In this document: in pieces, positions 52,813 to 62,134 of the stretch
Position numbering within the stretch: position 1 is the first letter of the stretch
Layout: each line of letters opens with the position of its first letter
From: an uncultured bacterium
Lineage (GTDB): Bacteria > Patescibacteriota > Minisyncoccia > UBA6257 > GWB1-50-10
Reading direction: 5' to 3'
NCBI GenBank assembly: GCA_963713955.1
Contig: OY970216.1
Span: forward strand, 8,075-72,074
DNA length: 64,000 nucleotides
Notes under the pieces: generated by a model
Databases searched by the model: none
Told to the model about the DNA's origin: nothing
The model's input: only the letters and a program-made list of their open reading frames with translations
Program-made: the position numbers and the translations under genes

Positions 52813-54390
52813 ATGTCTACTTACTTCCTCTACGCCCGCAAATCGACCGACGTTGAAGACAAGCAAGTCCGGTCGATTGACGATCAGCTTTCAGTGCTTC
52901 GTACCCTTGCAAAAGACGAGGGACTACACATCGTTTCCGAGTTTGTGGAGAAGCAGTCCGCCAAGATGCCCGGTCGCCCCGTATTCAATAACATGCTTTC
53001 CCGCATTGAGAAAGGAGAGGCGCAAGGCATCGTCTGTTGGAAACTAGATCGGCTTGCCAGAAATCCGGCGGACGGCGGCACGATACAATGGATGCTCCAG
53101 CGGGGCATCATCCAACATATCCAAACCTACGAAAAGAGTTATAAGACAGCCGACAACACGCTATTGATGAGCGTGGAGTTCGGGATGGCGAACCAGTTCA
53201 TTCTTGACTTGGCTGCGAACACCAAGCGCGGCCTCTATGAGAAAGTGAAGCGTGGCGAATATCCTTCGCTTGCCCCTATCGGATACTTGAACGACCGGGT
53301 GAGGAAAACCGTCGTTGTGGACAGGGCGACGGCGAAGATCGTCCGTGCCGCGTTTGAACTCTATGCCGAAGGCAACTCACGATTGGAAGACATATCCGCA
53401 TTTTTTGCCAAACATCACATCTATTCCGAGAACGGCAAACCTTTGAAACGCGACCGGATAACCTACATCCTCTCGAATCCCTTTTATATCGGTTTCTTCC
53501 GCTACGCAAAAGAGCTTCACGAGGGAAAGCACAAGCCCCTCATTTCCAAGACTCTTTTCGACAAGGTGCAAGCCGTCTTAAAAGGGAGGGGCAGACCTCA
53601 TCACAAATTGCAGAACGAGCCGAAACCTCTTTGCGGACTGCTCTACTGCGCCGAGTGCGGATGCGCGATCACCGGAGAGGAAAAGGTGAAGCACCAGAAG
53701 AACGGCAACGTCCACACCTACCGCTATTATCGTTGCACGAAAAAGAAAGGTGCCTGTTCCCAGCCAAACGTTCGAGAGGAAAACCTTACTTTGCAACTAT
53801 CCGAGGCTATCAGACCATTCGCCCTTCCGTACGAATGGGCGGCGGAGCTTTCAAAGAAAGCTGATATGGATGAGCAAGTTACCCTCACATCTTCCGCCGC
53901 CCAGAGCCAAACGATACGGGACGAGATAACGGCCGTTTCCCAAAAGATCAAGCGACTTCACGCGATGTATCTAGACCAAGACATTGAACGGGAAAGCTTC
54001 CTTGAGGAGAAGGCGAATCTGCTTTCCCAGAAGAAGTCGCTCACGGAGAAAATGGCTGATGTTTCAAAGGGGGTGATCGCTTGGCTCGAACCGATGCGGG
54101 AATGGATAAAAGACGCGTCAAATCTGAACGATTTCGACGAAACCGCCTCTCTTTCCCTCACTAAGTCGTATACTCTTAAAATTTTCGGCTCGAACCTCTC
54201 TCTAAAAAACCGTCGCATCGTATTTAGCCCCATCAAACCTTATGCTTCGCTCCGCGAAGCCCGTGAAAATTTTGGGGAAAATAACCTTTGTGTGAAACTT
54301 GAGCGGGTAAGGGGAGTCGAACCCCTCTCATCAGCTTGGAAAGCTGAGGTAATGCCGATATACGATACCCGCCAACATCTTTTATCTTAA
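52813..54390 (+). CDS. large serine recombinase (resolvase catalytic domain, recombinase domain, zinc ribbon)
   Basis: YARKSTDVEDKQVRSIDDQ (catalytic Ser), APIGYLNDR, CAECGC...C zinc ribbon. Start set at MSTYFLY. The last approximately 30 codons are antisense to tRNA-Gly. Confidence 0.8.
   Translation: MSTYFLYARKSTDVEDKQVRSIDDQLSVLRTLAKDEGLHIVSEFVEKQSAKMPGRPVFNNMLSRIEKGEAQGIVCWKLDRLARNPADGGTIQWMLQRGIIQHIQTYEKSYKTADNTLLMSVEFGMANQFILDLAANTKRGLYEKVKRGEYPSLAPIGYLNDRVRKTVVVDRATAKIVRAAFELYAEGNSRLEDISAFFAKHHIYSENGKPLKRDRITYILSNPFYIGFFRYAKELHEGKHKPLISKTLFDKVQAVLKGRGRPHHKLQNEPKPLCGLLYCAECGCAITGEEKVKHQKNGNVHTYRYYRCTKKKGACSQPNVREENLTLQLSEAIRPFALPYEWAAELSKKADMDEQVTLTSSAAQSQTIRDEITAVSQKIKRLHAMYLDQDIERESFLEEKANLLSQKKSLTEKMADVSKGVIAWLEPMREWIKDASNLNDFDETASLSLTKSYTLKIFGSNLSLKNRRIVFSPIKPYASLREARENFGENNLCVKLERVRGVEPLSSAWKAEVMPIYDTRQHLLS
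54302..54372 (-). tRNA. tRNA-Gly (anticodon TCC)
   Basis: GCGGGTA-TC-GTA-TATCGGCAT-TAC-C-TCAGC-TTTCCAA-GCTGA-TGAG-AGGGGTTCGACTCCCCT-TACCCGC-T. The acceptor, anticodon and T stems are perfect; the D-stem has 3 bp. Confidence 0.7.
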
Positions 54391-54458
54391 ATAAACATCG
54401 GCTTTTCTACAAGATGCATATCTGGAAAAGGCCTAGATTTGGTGCTAAAGTCAGAAAT

Positions 54459-55076
54459 ATGAAATTTAAGGTGAATGATCAAGAAAACATCCAAAAGAAA
54501 GTCATCCTCCTCGTCCTGCCCATACTTATCATCGTTGCTCTCTCCGTTTATTACGTAACGGCGGGGGGCAAATCTGGGGGACCTCCCAAAGACTTCGTAG
54601 AAGCCAGGCAAAGCGTTTCCGCCATCAGCAAAGACATCGTAAATCTTAATGTACAAATCTCAAACCAGATAAAGGCGATCCAGGACGCTGAAACGGCAAA
54701 GAACGAAAGCAAGGTTCTCTCGCTCATAGGAGAAGCAAAACAAATCAACTCACAATCGTACAAAAAGGCGGAGGATTTGTCCTACGGCCTGGAAAACATG
54801 ACGAAATCCATAAGCGGCATTCCCTCTTCTCAAAGCCAAGAGTTGGCTTCGGAAGCGGTCTCGACGGAAATAACGCTGGCCGATGAGTTTATATCCTACA
54901 CACAAATGCTGGATAATTTTTTCAATCTTCTCTCCATAGCGGCGACGAGCGACAGCCCAGCCCTGGAGAGCGACATCAAAACCAGCCTCGGCGAAATAAA
55001 CAAAAAGGTTGACGAAATCAACGGTCTCAACCAGACGTTTATCCAAAAAATGCAGGTCTTCGATAACTCTTTATAA
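54459..55076 (+). CDS. N-terminally anchored hypothetical protein
   Basis: TM VILLVLPILIIVALSVYYV followed by a Ser/Gln-rich helical region. Confidence 0.35.
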   Translation: MKFKVNDQENIQKKVILLVLPILIIVALSVYYVTAGGKSGGPPKDFVEARQSVSAISKDIVNLNVQISNQIKAIQDAETAKNESKVLSLIGEAKQINSQSYKKAEDLSYGLENMTKSISGIPSSQSQELASEAVSTEITLADEFISYTQMLDNFFNLLSIAATSDSPALESDIKTSLGEINKKVDEINGLNQTFIQKMQVFDNSL

Positions 55077-55078
55077 AA

Positions 55079-55429
55079 ATGAAAGCCCTCGGAAGATTCA
55101 TACTTCACATCATCTCGAACGCAATTGGGATACTCGTCGCCGGCTACCTCATCCCGGGGTTTTTCTCGGGCGGTCTCGCCGAGCTTACCGTGGCCGCTTT
55201 CATACTCACCGTCATTAATACGTTTTTGAAGCCGATCGTGAAACTCGTGAGCAGTCCCCTCATACTCCTCACCTTCGGGTTGTTCACCATCGTCATCAAC
55301 GCGATCATGATATACATTCTTGACATACTGAGTAGCGCGATTACAATTCAAGGGATACCGGAACTCGTCATCGTGACACTTATCATAAGCATCGTGAACT
55401 TCGTGTTCGGTTCGCCGACAAAAAAATGA
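55079..55429 (+). CDS. 4-TM phage-holin-family-4-like membrane protein
   Basis: LIPGF...INTFLKPIVKL...LTFGLFTIVINAIMIYIL pattern. Confidence 0.5.
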   Translation: MKALGRFILHIISNAIGILVAGYLIPGFFSGGLAELTVAAFILTVINTFLKPIVKLVSSPLILLTFGLFTIVINAIMIYILDILSSAITIQGIPELVIVTLIISIVNFVFGSPTKK

Positions 55430-55638
55430 TTTTGGTTCTCCAGATAATAACATCCATCATATTGATAGTGCTCGTCATCATCCAAGAGAGGGCCAGCGGC
55501 ATCTCCGGCGTTTTCGGCGGACAGGGCGCCACTCCTTATCAGACAAGAAGAGGGCTGGAAAAAACCATTTATTACGCGACCATAGCTTTCGCCGTCATTT
55601 TCGGCGCACTGGCGGTGGTGAATCTCCTCCAGCACTAA
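55426..55638 (+). CDS. secG: preprotein translocase subunit SecG
   Basis: 70 aa, two TM helices, with a central SGISGVFGGQGA...TRRGLEKT. Confidence 0.55.
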   Translation: MILVLQIITSIILIVLVIIQERASGISGVFGGQGATPYQTRRGLEKTIYYATIAFAVIFGALAVVNLLQH

Positions 55639-55659
55639 CCTCACGCGGGTTGTTTATCC

Positions 55660-57270
55660 ATGAACCTCATAAATGCAATCTTCCTGAAATTCTCAGGCAA
55701 AGAGAGAAGAATGTTTCTCGGATCGATCGCGGTTCTCGTAATCGCGCTGGTATCCCTCACCTACGTCGTCATCAGGGAGAACGGAACTTTCATCTCAATA
55801 CCGGGAGGATCGTACGCGGAAGGGATCGTCGGCCAGCCCGTTAACCTGAATCCCGTCCTTTCGACGAACAGCGTTGACCAGGAAATCAGCTCTCTCCTCT
55901 ACGCGCCGCTTATGAGCCTCCTCGAAACGTGGAGCGTGAGCCCCGACGGCAAAACGTACACCCTGGAGATGAAAGACGGCCTCAAGTGGAGCGACGGAGA
56001 GGCCCTTTCAAGCGACGACGTTATCTTCACCATAAACACCGCCCAAGATCCCCACTCCAATTCCCCTTTCTTCCAGAGCTGGCAGGGAGTCTCGGTCGAG
56101 CGAGTGAGCGCAATACAGGTGAAGCTTACCATACCCAATGAGAACGTGTTCTTCATGGATAATGTAAGAAACCTTCCCGTTATACCGGAACACATCTATG
56201 GTGTGATACCGATCGAAAATTTCTATCTCTCGGAATACAAACTGAATCCGGTGGGAAGCGGGCCCTACGAGGTACAAAGCTTCTCCCAGAGAAAGGACGG
56301 CTTCATAACGGAGTATCATCTCGAGAGGAACCGTAACTTCTCCGGCGATGTCCCTTTCATACCGGACTTTTATTTCAAATTCTTCGAGAACAAGGACGAT
56401 CTTGCCAAAGCTCTCGAACTCCACGAGGCGAACGGCTACAATTCCCTGTGGCCTCCGGAATTCGATACGACGATATTCAAGGGGTCCCTCACGGAAAGGA
56501 TGCCCTCCTCCGACTACTACGCTCTTTTTTTCAACCAAAGCACGAATCCCGTCATGAAGGACGCGGGGCTCCGGACGGCGCTCACGGAAGGCGTAGACAA
56601 GAACGCGATCGCGAACCAGGTTTTCGGCGATGCGATATCACCCATCGAGGGACCAGTACTTCTCCCCGGCACCGCGACCGGCACGACCCTCTCATACAAT
56701 CCGGCTGATGCGAGTCAAATCGTGGGCTCTTTCAAATCCAAGAACAAGCTCGGGAGTCTCACCATCTCGATATCCGTGCCCGACGTGGATTTCCTGAAAA
56801 GAACAGCCGATATCATAAAAAGCGAGTGGCAGGCAATCGGCATTGACAACGTCGAGGTAAAAACGGTCGACGTGACGAATCCCGTGACGTCACCTCTCCG
56901 AACCCGCGATTACGACACGCTCCTCTTCGGAAATTTCCTGGAGAACGAGGAGGACCTCTTCCCGTTCTGGCATTCCTCCCAGGAGACTTATCCCGGCCTC
57001 AACTTGTCCTCGTACGGAGACACAACCGCGGATAACCTCATGGAGGAAATAAGGCAAACCAGCGACGATGCGGGGCGGCAGGCATTGCTTACAAAACTCC
57101 AAAGCGTCATCGTGAAAGACGACCCCGCGATTTTTCTCTTCTCTCTTCCCTATTTCTACGTCCACCCGGACGAACTCAAGGGCTTCAACGCCGAGTCCAT
57201 AACCTCTGAGGCTGACATTTTCAAGGACGTCAACAAATGGTCCATTGCAGACGTACAGGTGATAAAATAA
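55660..57270 (+). CDS. extracellular solute-binding protein, family 5 (OppA/DppA-like)
   Basis: N-terminal TM anchor; ...YTLEMKDGLKWSDGEALSSDDVIFTIN is the SBP_bac_5 pattern. Confidence 0.65.
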   Translation: MNLINAIFLKFSGKERRMFLGSIAVLVIALVSLTYVVIRENGTFISIPGGSYAEGIVGQPVNLNPVLSTNSVDQEISSLLYAPLMSLLETWSVSPDGKTYTLEMKDGLKWSDGEALSSDDVIFTINTAQDPHSNSPFFQSWQGVSVERVSAIQVKLTIPNENVFFMDNVRNLPVIPEHIYGVIPIENFYLSEYKLNPVGSGPYEVQSFSQRKDGFITEYHLERNRNFSGDVPFIPDFYFKFFENKDDLAKALELHEANGYNSLWPPEFDTTIFKGSLTERMPSSDYYALFFNQSTNPVMKDAGLRTALTEGVDKNAIANQVFGDAISPIEGPVLLPGTATGTTLSYNPADASQIVGSFKSKNKLGSLTISISVPDVDFLKRTADIIKSEWQAIGIDNVEVKTVDVTNPVTSPLRTRDYDTLLFGNFLENEEDLFPFWHSSQETYPGLNLSSYGDTTADNLMEEIRQTSDDAGRQALLTKLQSVIVKDDPAIFLFSLPYFYVHPDELKGFNAESITSEADIFKDVNKWSIADVQVIK

Positions 57271-57403
57271 TAACCATGCCCCGTAGGACAACTTCGAACG
57301 TCATGCTACGGGCAGGTCAAAGTTCTTCACCAAGAGATCAGAGATAAAAAGTCCATTATATCGAACGAACAGTAAACAGTAATTCGAAGTTGTACTACAG
57401 GGT

Positions 57404-58363
57404 ATGGATATCTACGAAAAAAACATCCGGGATTTCAACAAACAGCTTTCTCTGCAAGCCGTCAAAGGCCTGAACTTCGAACGTTTGACGAAGAAAAAAC
57501 CGGACAGCGTGACGGTGGTAGGGATGGGGGGCTCGGGGTTTATCGGTACTCTCCTCGAGGCAACACGCGAAGAAATAAACCTTGAGGTTCCGGTCTTCAT
57601 CGTGAAAGACAACACCCTGCCGCATATTCCTTCGGAAAATCCTCTCCTCGTCTTTATCTCATTCTCGGGTAATACGGAGGAAACGATCGATTGCTTTGAG
57701 TCAGCTCTCAAAAGATTCGGGCGCGAGAGAACGGCAGTCGTGACCGGCGGAGGATTCCTTCTCGATGAGGCCTCAAAAAAAGGCGTGCCTCTCGTGACCT
57801 TCGATCGAGGGTTCTTGACTCCGCGACAGTCTTCTGGTTTAATGTACTACGGATTAGGGAAAGTGCTCAAAAGACTCCTCAAGCTGCGCCTCGGGGAATA
57901 TGAAACCAAGATAAATCCCGCTGCCTTAAGAGAGGAGGGGTTCACGATAGCCAGAAAGCTCAGGGGAAAAAACGCCTTGATTTACTCGGGTAACACCATG
58001 AGCCATTTGTCTTACATCTGGAAAACGAATCTCAACGAGACTTCCAAAAACGGGGCGTTCTCCAATGTTTACCCCGAAGTGAATCACAACGAGATCGTTG
58101 GATTCGACAATCTATACGGGCCGTGGACACTGCTCTTTCTGGGTGACTATCCTCGAGGATTCGAAAAAAAGATCGGCTTCCTCGCAAGGAAACTGAAAAG
58201 GAAAAACATTCAGATGATAAACGTGAAAATGAAGGGCGGAAACTTCATGGAGAAAACGTGGAACGGGATTATCCTGTCACATTGGGTAAGTTTCAGCTTG
58301 GCTCTCTTGAACGGGGTCGAGCCGTCGCGAGTCAAGATTATTGAAGAATTAAAAAGCATTTAA
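57404..58363 (+). CDS. SIS-domain bifunctional phosphoglucose/phosphomannose isomerase family protein
   Basis: VTVVGMGGSGFIG and the C-terminal bact-PGI-like region. Confidence 0.5.
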   Translation: MDIYEKNIRDFNKQLSLQAVKGLNFERLTKKKPDSVTVVGMGGSGFIGTLLEATREEINLEVPVFIVKDNTLPHIPSENPLLVFISFSGNTEETIDCFESALKRFGRERTAVVTGGGFLLDEASKKGVPLVTFDRGFLTPRQSSGLMYYGLGKVLKRLLKLRLGEYETKINPAALREEGFTIARKLRGKNALIYSGNTMSHLSYIWKTNLNETSKNGAFSNVYPEVNHNEIVGFDNLYGPWTLLFLGDYPRGFEKKIGFLARKLKRKNIQMINVKMKGGNFMEKTWNGIILSHWVSFSLALLNGVEPSRVKIIEELKSI

Positions 58364-58368
58364 GGGCT

Positions 58369-58455
58369 GCGGAGATGGCGAAATCGGCAGACGCGCAGGC
58401 TTCAGGAGCCTGTGGAAGCAATTCCATGAGGGTTCAAGTCCCTCTCTCCGCACCA
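58369..58455 (+). tRNA. tRNA-Leu (anticodon CAG)
   Basis: GCGGAGA...CAGGC-TTCAGGA-GCCTG with a long variable arm TGGAAGCAATTCCATG, ...AGGGTTCAAGTCCCT-CTCTCCGC-A-CCA. Confidence 0.85.
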
Positions 58456-58515
58456 CATAACATAGAAAAGTCAGATAAAAAAATAAAAACAAATACAAAC
58501 TACAAGTTTTGAAAC

Positions 58516-60240
58516 ATGACTCCAAGAACAAACACAAAAATCATAAAAAAAACATACGATAAGAAAACAACGGGAGGAGACTATGTGCGGCTCGCCGCCT
58601 TAGGCGGACTCGAAGAGGTCGGCCGCAACATGTCGTTCATCGAATACAAGGACGACATCGTGGCCATCGACATGGGTCTCCAATTCCCGGAAGAATCGAC
58701 CCCGGGCGTTGATTTCATCATACCCAACGTCTCTTACCTCGAGGAACGGAAGGAAAGAGTAAAAGCGGTCGTCATCACGCATGCTCACTACGACCACATC
58801 GGCGCCATCCCCTACCTCATCGGCCGTTTGGGGAATCCTGTCATCTACACCACGCGGCTCACGCGGGCGATCATAGAAAAAAGGCAAGCTGAATTCACGA
58901 ACGCACCTCGCCTCCGGGTGCAAGAAGTAAAGTACGGTGACAAATTAAAAATCAGCGAAACCATCGAGCTGGAATTTTTCGGCGTCGACCATACGGTGCC
59001 CGAAACGATGGGCGTCATCGTGAAAACACCAATCGGCAACATCGTCCACTTCGCGGACTTCCGGATCGAGTATAACGAGAAGGAAGAACCGCAGGGACTC
59101 GACACGTTCAAGCGCATCGGCGAAATGGGGGTTCACACCTTCATGGTGGACAGCACGAACGCCGAAGAAGAGGGGCATTCCCTCTCGGAAAAAATCATAG
59201 AAAAGAACATCGAGATGCTCTTCAAGCAAGCCAAGGGGAGAATTATCCTCTCGACTTTTTCCTCGATGCTCACGAGAATCACCGAGATCATCAAAATCGC
59301 CGAAAAGCTGGGGAAGAAAGTCGCCATCAACGGCCGATCGATGCGTGATAACGTCCTCATTGCGAAAAACCTCGGCTACATCAAAACCAAGAATAAAGAC
59401 ACCCTAATCGCGGTTGAAGACATTCACAAGTACAAAGACAACGAAATCCTAATACTTTCGACCGGCGCTCAGGGAGAATCATCGGCGGGGCTCATGAAGA
59501 TCGTGACCGGCATCCACAAATACATCCGCCTCAAGCCCGGCGACACGGTGATATTCTCGTCGTCGGTCATTCCCGGGAATGAACGCGGCGTCCAAACGCT
59601 CAAGGATAACCTGGCACGACAAGGAGCGGTCGTCTATACGTCGTCCATTATCGACATCCACGTGAGCGGACACGCGATGAAAGAGGATATCAAACTCGTG
59701 ACAAGAATCTTGAAACCGAAGTTCGTCATGCCCATCCACGGCTATTACTTCATGCGGTTCGCGAACGGCCAAAACGCCGTCGCGGGCGGCGTGAGGCCGG
59801 AGAACGTGCGGCTCATGGACAACGGGCAGGTTGCACAACTAACCGAGGAGGGATTCGTCATAACCGACGAGAACATCCCGGCGAATTACGTTCTCGTCGA
59901 CGGCCTCGGCGTTGGCGACATCGGGGAGGTAGTCCTCCGGGACCGGCTCGTGCTTGCCCAGGAAGGGATGTTCGTCGTCATAGCGACCATCGACCGGAAA
60001 ACCGGCCGCGTTGTGAAGAACCCGGACATCATCTCGCGAGGTTTTATTTACCTTCGGGAGAACCAGGAACTTTTGGACGAGATAAGGCGCAAAGTGAGAG
60101 GTATCGTGGGACGGATTCCCACGTATCAATCGATAGATATCGATTACCTTAAATCACTCATCAGGGACCAAATCGGACAATTCCTCTACAACAAAACGAA
60201 ACGCAGACCCATGGTTCTGCCCGTCATCATTGAGGTCTAA
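58516..60240 (+). CDS. rnj: ribonuclease J
   Basis: Metallo-beta-lactamase HAHYDHIG, a beta-CASP domain and the RNase J C-terminal domain; 574 aa. Confidence 0.85.
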   Translation: MTPRTNTKIIKKTYDKKTTGGDYVRLAALGGLEEVGRNMSFIEYKDDIVAIDMGLQFPEESTPGVDFIIPNVSYLEERKERVKAVVITHAHYDHIGAIPYLIGRLGNPVIYTTRLTRAIIEKRQAEFTNAPRLRVQEVKYGDKLKISETIELEFFGVDHTVPETMGVIVKTPIGNIVHFADFRIEYNEKEEPQGLDTFKRIGEMGVHTFMVDSTNAEEEGHSLSEKIIEKNIEMLFKQAKGRIILSTFSSMLTRITEIIKIAEKLGKKVAINGRSMRDNVLIAKNLGYIKTKNKDTLIAVEDIHKYKDNEILILSTGAQGESSAGLMKIVTGIHKYIRLKPGDTVIFSSSVIPGNERGVQTLKDNLARQGAVVYTSSIIDIHVSGHAMKEDIKLVTRILKPKFVMPIHGYYFMRFANGQNAVAGGVRPENVRLMDNGQVAQLTEEGFVITDENIPANYVLVDGLGVGDIGEVVLRDRLVLAQEGMFVVIATIDRKTGRVVKNPDIISRGFIYLRENQELLDEIRRKVRGIVGRIPTYQSIDIDYLKSLIRDQIGQFLYNKTKRRPMVLPVIIEV

Positions 60241-60273
60241 CAAGTCTTACCCACTTTTTGATATAATGTTTCC

Positions 60274-61263
60274 ATGAAACCGATTTTGATTTCAGGTGTC
60301 CAGCCGACGGGAAAACTGCACATCGGAAATTATCTGGGATCCTTGAAGAATTTCGTGGCGCTTCAGGATTCCGACGAGTATCAGTGTTACTTCTTCATCG
60401 CCGACCTCCACTCCCTCACGGAAAACTTCGATCCCGGGGAAAAGTACGAGCAGATTCTGAGCGTGACCGCAGACTACCTGGCGGCCGGCTTGAACCCGAA
60501 AAAATCCGTCCTTTTCCAGCAATCCGAGGTGCCGGCACATAGCGAACTCGCCGTCATCTTGAATAACTTCACACCGATGGGCGAACTCGGCAGGATGACC
60601 CAATTCAAGGACAAGTCCGAAAACCAGCCGCAAAACGTGAACATGGGCCTTTTCGATTATCCCGTCCTCATGGCGTCCGATATTCTCCTCTACGACGCCG
60701 CAGTCGTGCCGGTCGGCGAGGATCAAGTCCAGCATCTGGAACTCACGAGAACCATCGCGCGGAGATTCAATTCGAAATTCGGGAAAACCTTCGTCGAACC
60801 GAAACCGATCCTCACGGAAGCGAAGCGGATCATGAGCCTGGATGACCCGGAAAAGAAGATGTCCAAGTCGCGACCTGCGGGATGCCTTTTCCTCGACGAC
60901 GAACCCGACGCCATGCGGCAGAAAATAAAACGGGCCGTGACCGACTCGGGAAACGAGGTACGGTACGACCCGGACCGGAAACCTGCTCTCTCGAACCTCA
61001 TGCGGATCTACTCGGCGATGGCGGGGATCCGCATCGACGAGATTGAAAAGAAATTCAGAGGGAAGGGATACGGTGATTTTAAAGAAGAACTCGCCGAAAT
61101 GATCGTAAGCACTCTCACGCCGTTCCAAAAAAAGAAAAAGGAGCTCATGAAAAACCCGGCAACGATCAAAAAAATCCTGGCGGCCGGCGACAAGAAAGCG
61201 AACGCTGTCACAAGCAAAAAAATGGCCGAAATAAAAAACAAAATAGGTTTAGTATATGAATGA
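60274..61263 (+). CDS. trpS: tryptophan--tRNA ligase
   Basis: Class I motifs TGKLHIGN (HIGH) and KMSKS; 329 aa. Confidence 0.9.
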   Translation: MKPILISGVQPTGKLHIGNYLGSLKNFVALQDSDEYQCYFFIADLHSLTENFDPGEKYEQILSVTADYLAAGLNPKKSVLFQQSEVPAHSELAVILNNFTPMGELGRMTQFKDKSENQPQNVNMGLFDYPVLMASDILLYDAAVVPVGEDQVQHLELTRTIARRFNSKFGKTFVEPKPILTEAKRIMSLDDPEKKMSKSRPAGCLFLDDEPDAMRQKIKRAVTDSGNEVRYDPDRKPALSNLMRIYSAMAGIRIDEIEKKFRGKGYGDFKEELAEMIVSTLTPFQKKKKELMKNPATIKKILAAGDKKANAVTSKKMAEIKNKIGLVYE

Positions 61264-62134
61264 GGGAAGACGTTTCTATGAACAAGATAAGGTTTTGGAT
61301 AGGCTTCTTTTCGAACAGGCGTGGAAAAAGGCCAGACACACTCTAGCGGAGGCAGCAGTGAAAATGGAGAAGTTCAAGCACCTCTATAATGTGGGGAAAG
61401 ATCTGGAGCTCGTTAAGAAACGTGAGGTTAGGTTTTTAGAAGAAAAAACACCGACGGAGCTGGAAACAGATAAAATAGCGACTGTTCTAGAGGCTATTAT
61501 ATACACGCAGATCAAATCTAACGATTGGCTCGGAGAAAGCGCCCACATTATGAAAACGTGCCGCTTTGACGATATAGAGAATAAGGTGGATAGCCTGATT
61601 GAATTTAGAAAAGAAGAACGCTCTGCCTCTTATCTCGGTCTAGCCATAGATGTAACAATGGAATCCGAAATGAGTGATAAATTTGATGAGATTAGAAAAG
61701 AAATAGACTCGGGTAAACTCTCTACCATAAAGTATTTCGACTCTGAGTATACCAACACACTGGGGGAAAAGTCCCAAATACCACGAGTCATAGTTGCGGC
61801 CGACTCAAAGAGTATAAAAGAACTAACCGGATTGTGGCTTGAAGGAAAGAAAGAAGCGTTAGCGAACCATCCAATGCTATTTCAGATGCTAGAAGAAATA
61901 TTACTGCAACTAAAGAAGTTCAGAGAATACGCCGAATCAAAGGAAAAATATGAACTTGTCGACATATATGACGTTTCAATTTCCCTCGTACAAAAAATCT
62001 ACGACAACAAATCCAAGACTGTGAAAGATAGCGACATAAAGGACCGAAAGGATCGCGCTTTCCTAACAATATCGGAAAGTCTTAACTTTTTCGGAGACAG
62101 AGATACTCCAAGAGATACTATAAGATCACTTTAA
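61256..62134 (+). CDS. hypothetical protein
   Basis: 292 aa, charged and helical; 8-bp overlap with trpS. Confidence 0.35.
   Translation: MNEGRRFYEQDKVLDRLLFEQAWKKARHTLAEAAVKMEKFKHLYNVGKDLELVKKREVRFLEEKTPTELETDKIATVLEAIIYTQIKSNDWLGESAHIMKTCRFDDIENKVDSLIEFRKEERSASYLGLAIDVTMESEMSDKFDEIRKEIDSGKLSTIKYFDSEYTNTLGEKSQIPRVIVAADSKSIKELTGLWLEGKKEALANHPMLFQMLEEILLQLKKFREYAESKEKYELVDIYDVSISLVQKIYDNKSKTVKDSDIKDRKDRAFLTISESLNFFGDRDTPRDTIRSL

Larger units (their letters stand above)
39459..54316. mobile_element. roughly 14.9 kb integrated element in the tRNA-Gly 3' end, carrying a serine recombinase, an XRE regulator, a RepL-like gene, two TraD/HerA-like ATPases and a DGR
   Basis: 17-bp direct repeats at both ends; the right end abuts an intact tRNA-Gly(TCC); the large serine recombinase gene reads across the junction; plasmid- and phage-like gene content; internal roughly 330-bp inverted repeats. 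Confidence 0.55.

Noticed and set aside
57283-57400. ACAACTTCG and GAAGTTGTACTACAGGG fragments resembling one arm of the 16279/36789 palindromic element
   Set aside because: Only partial, one-armed matches, with no complementary partner nearby. They are not convincing as a third copy.
60292-61128. 278-aa minus-strand ORF
   Set aside because: It is antisense to trpS.
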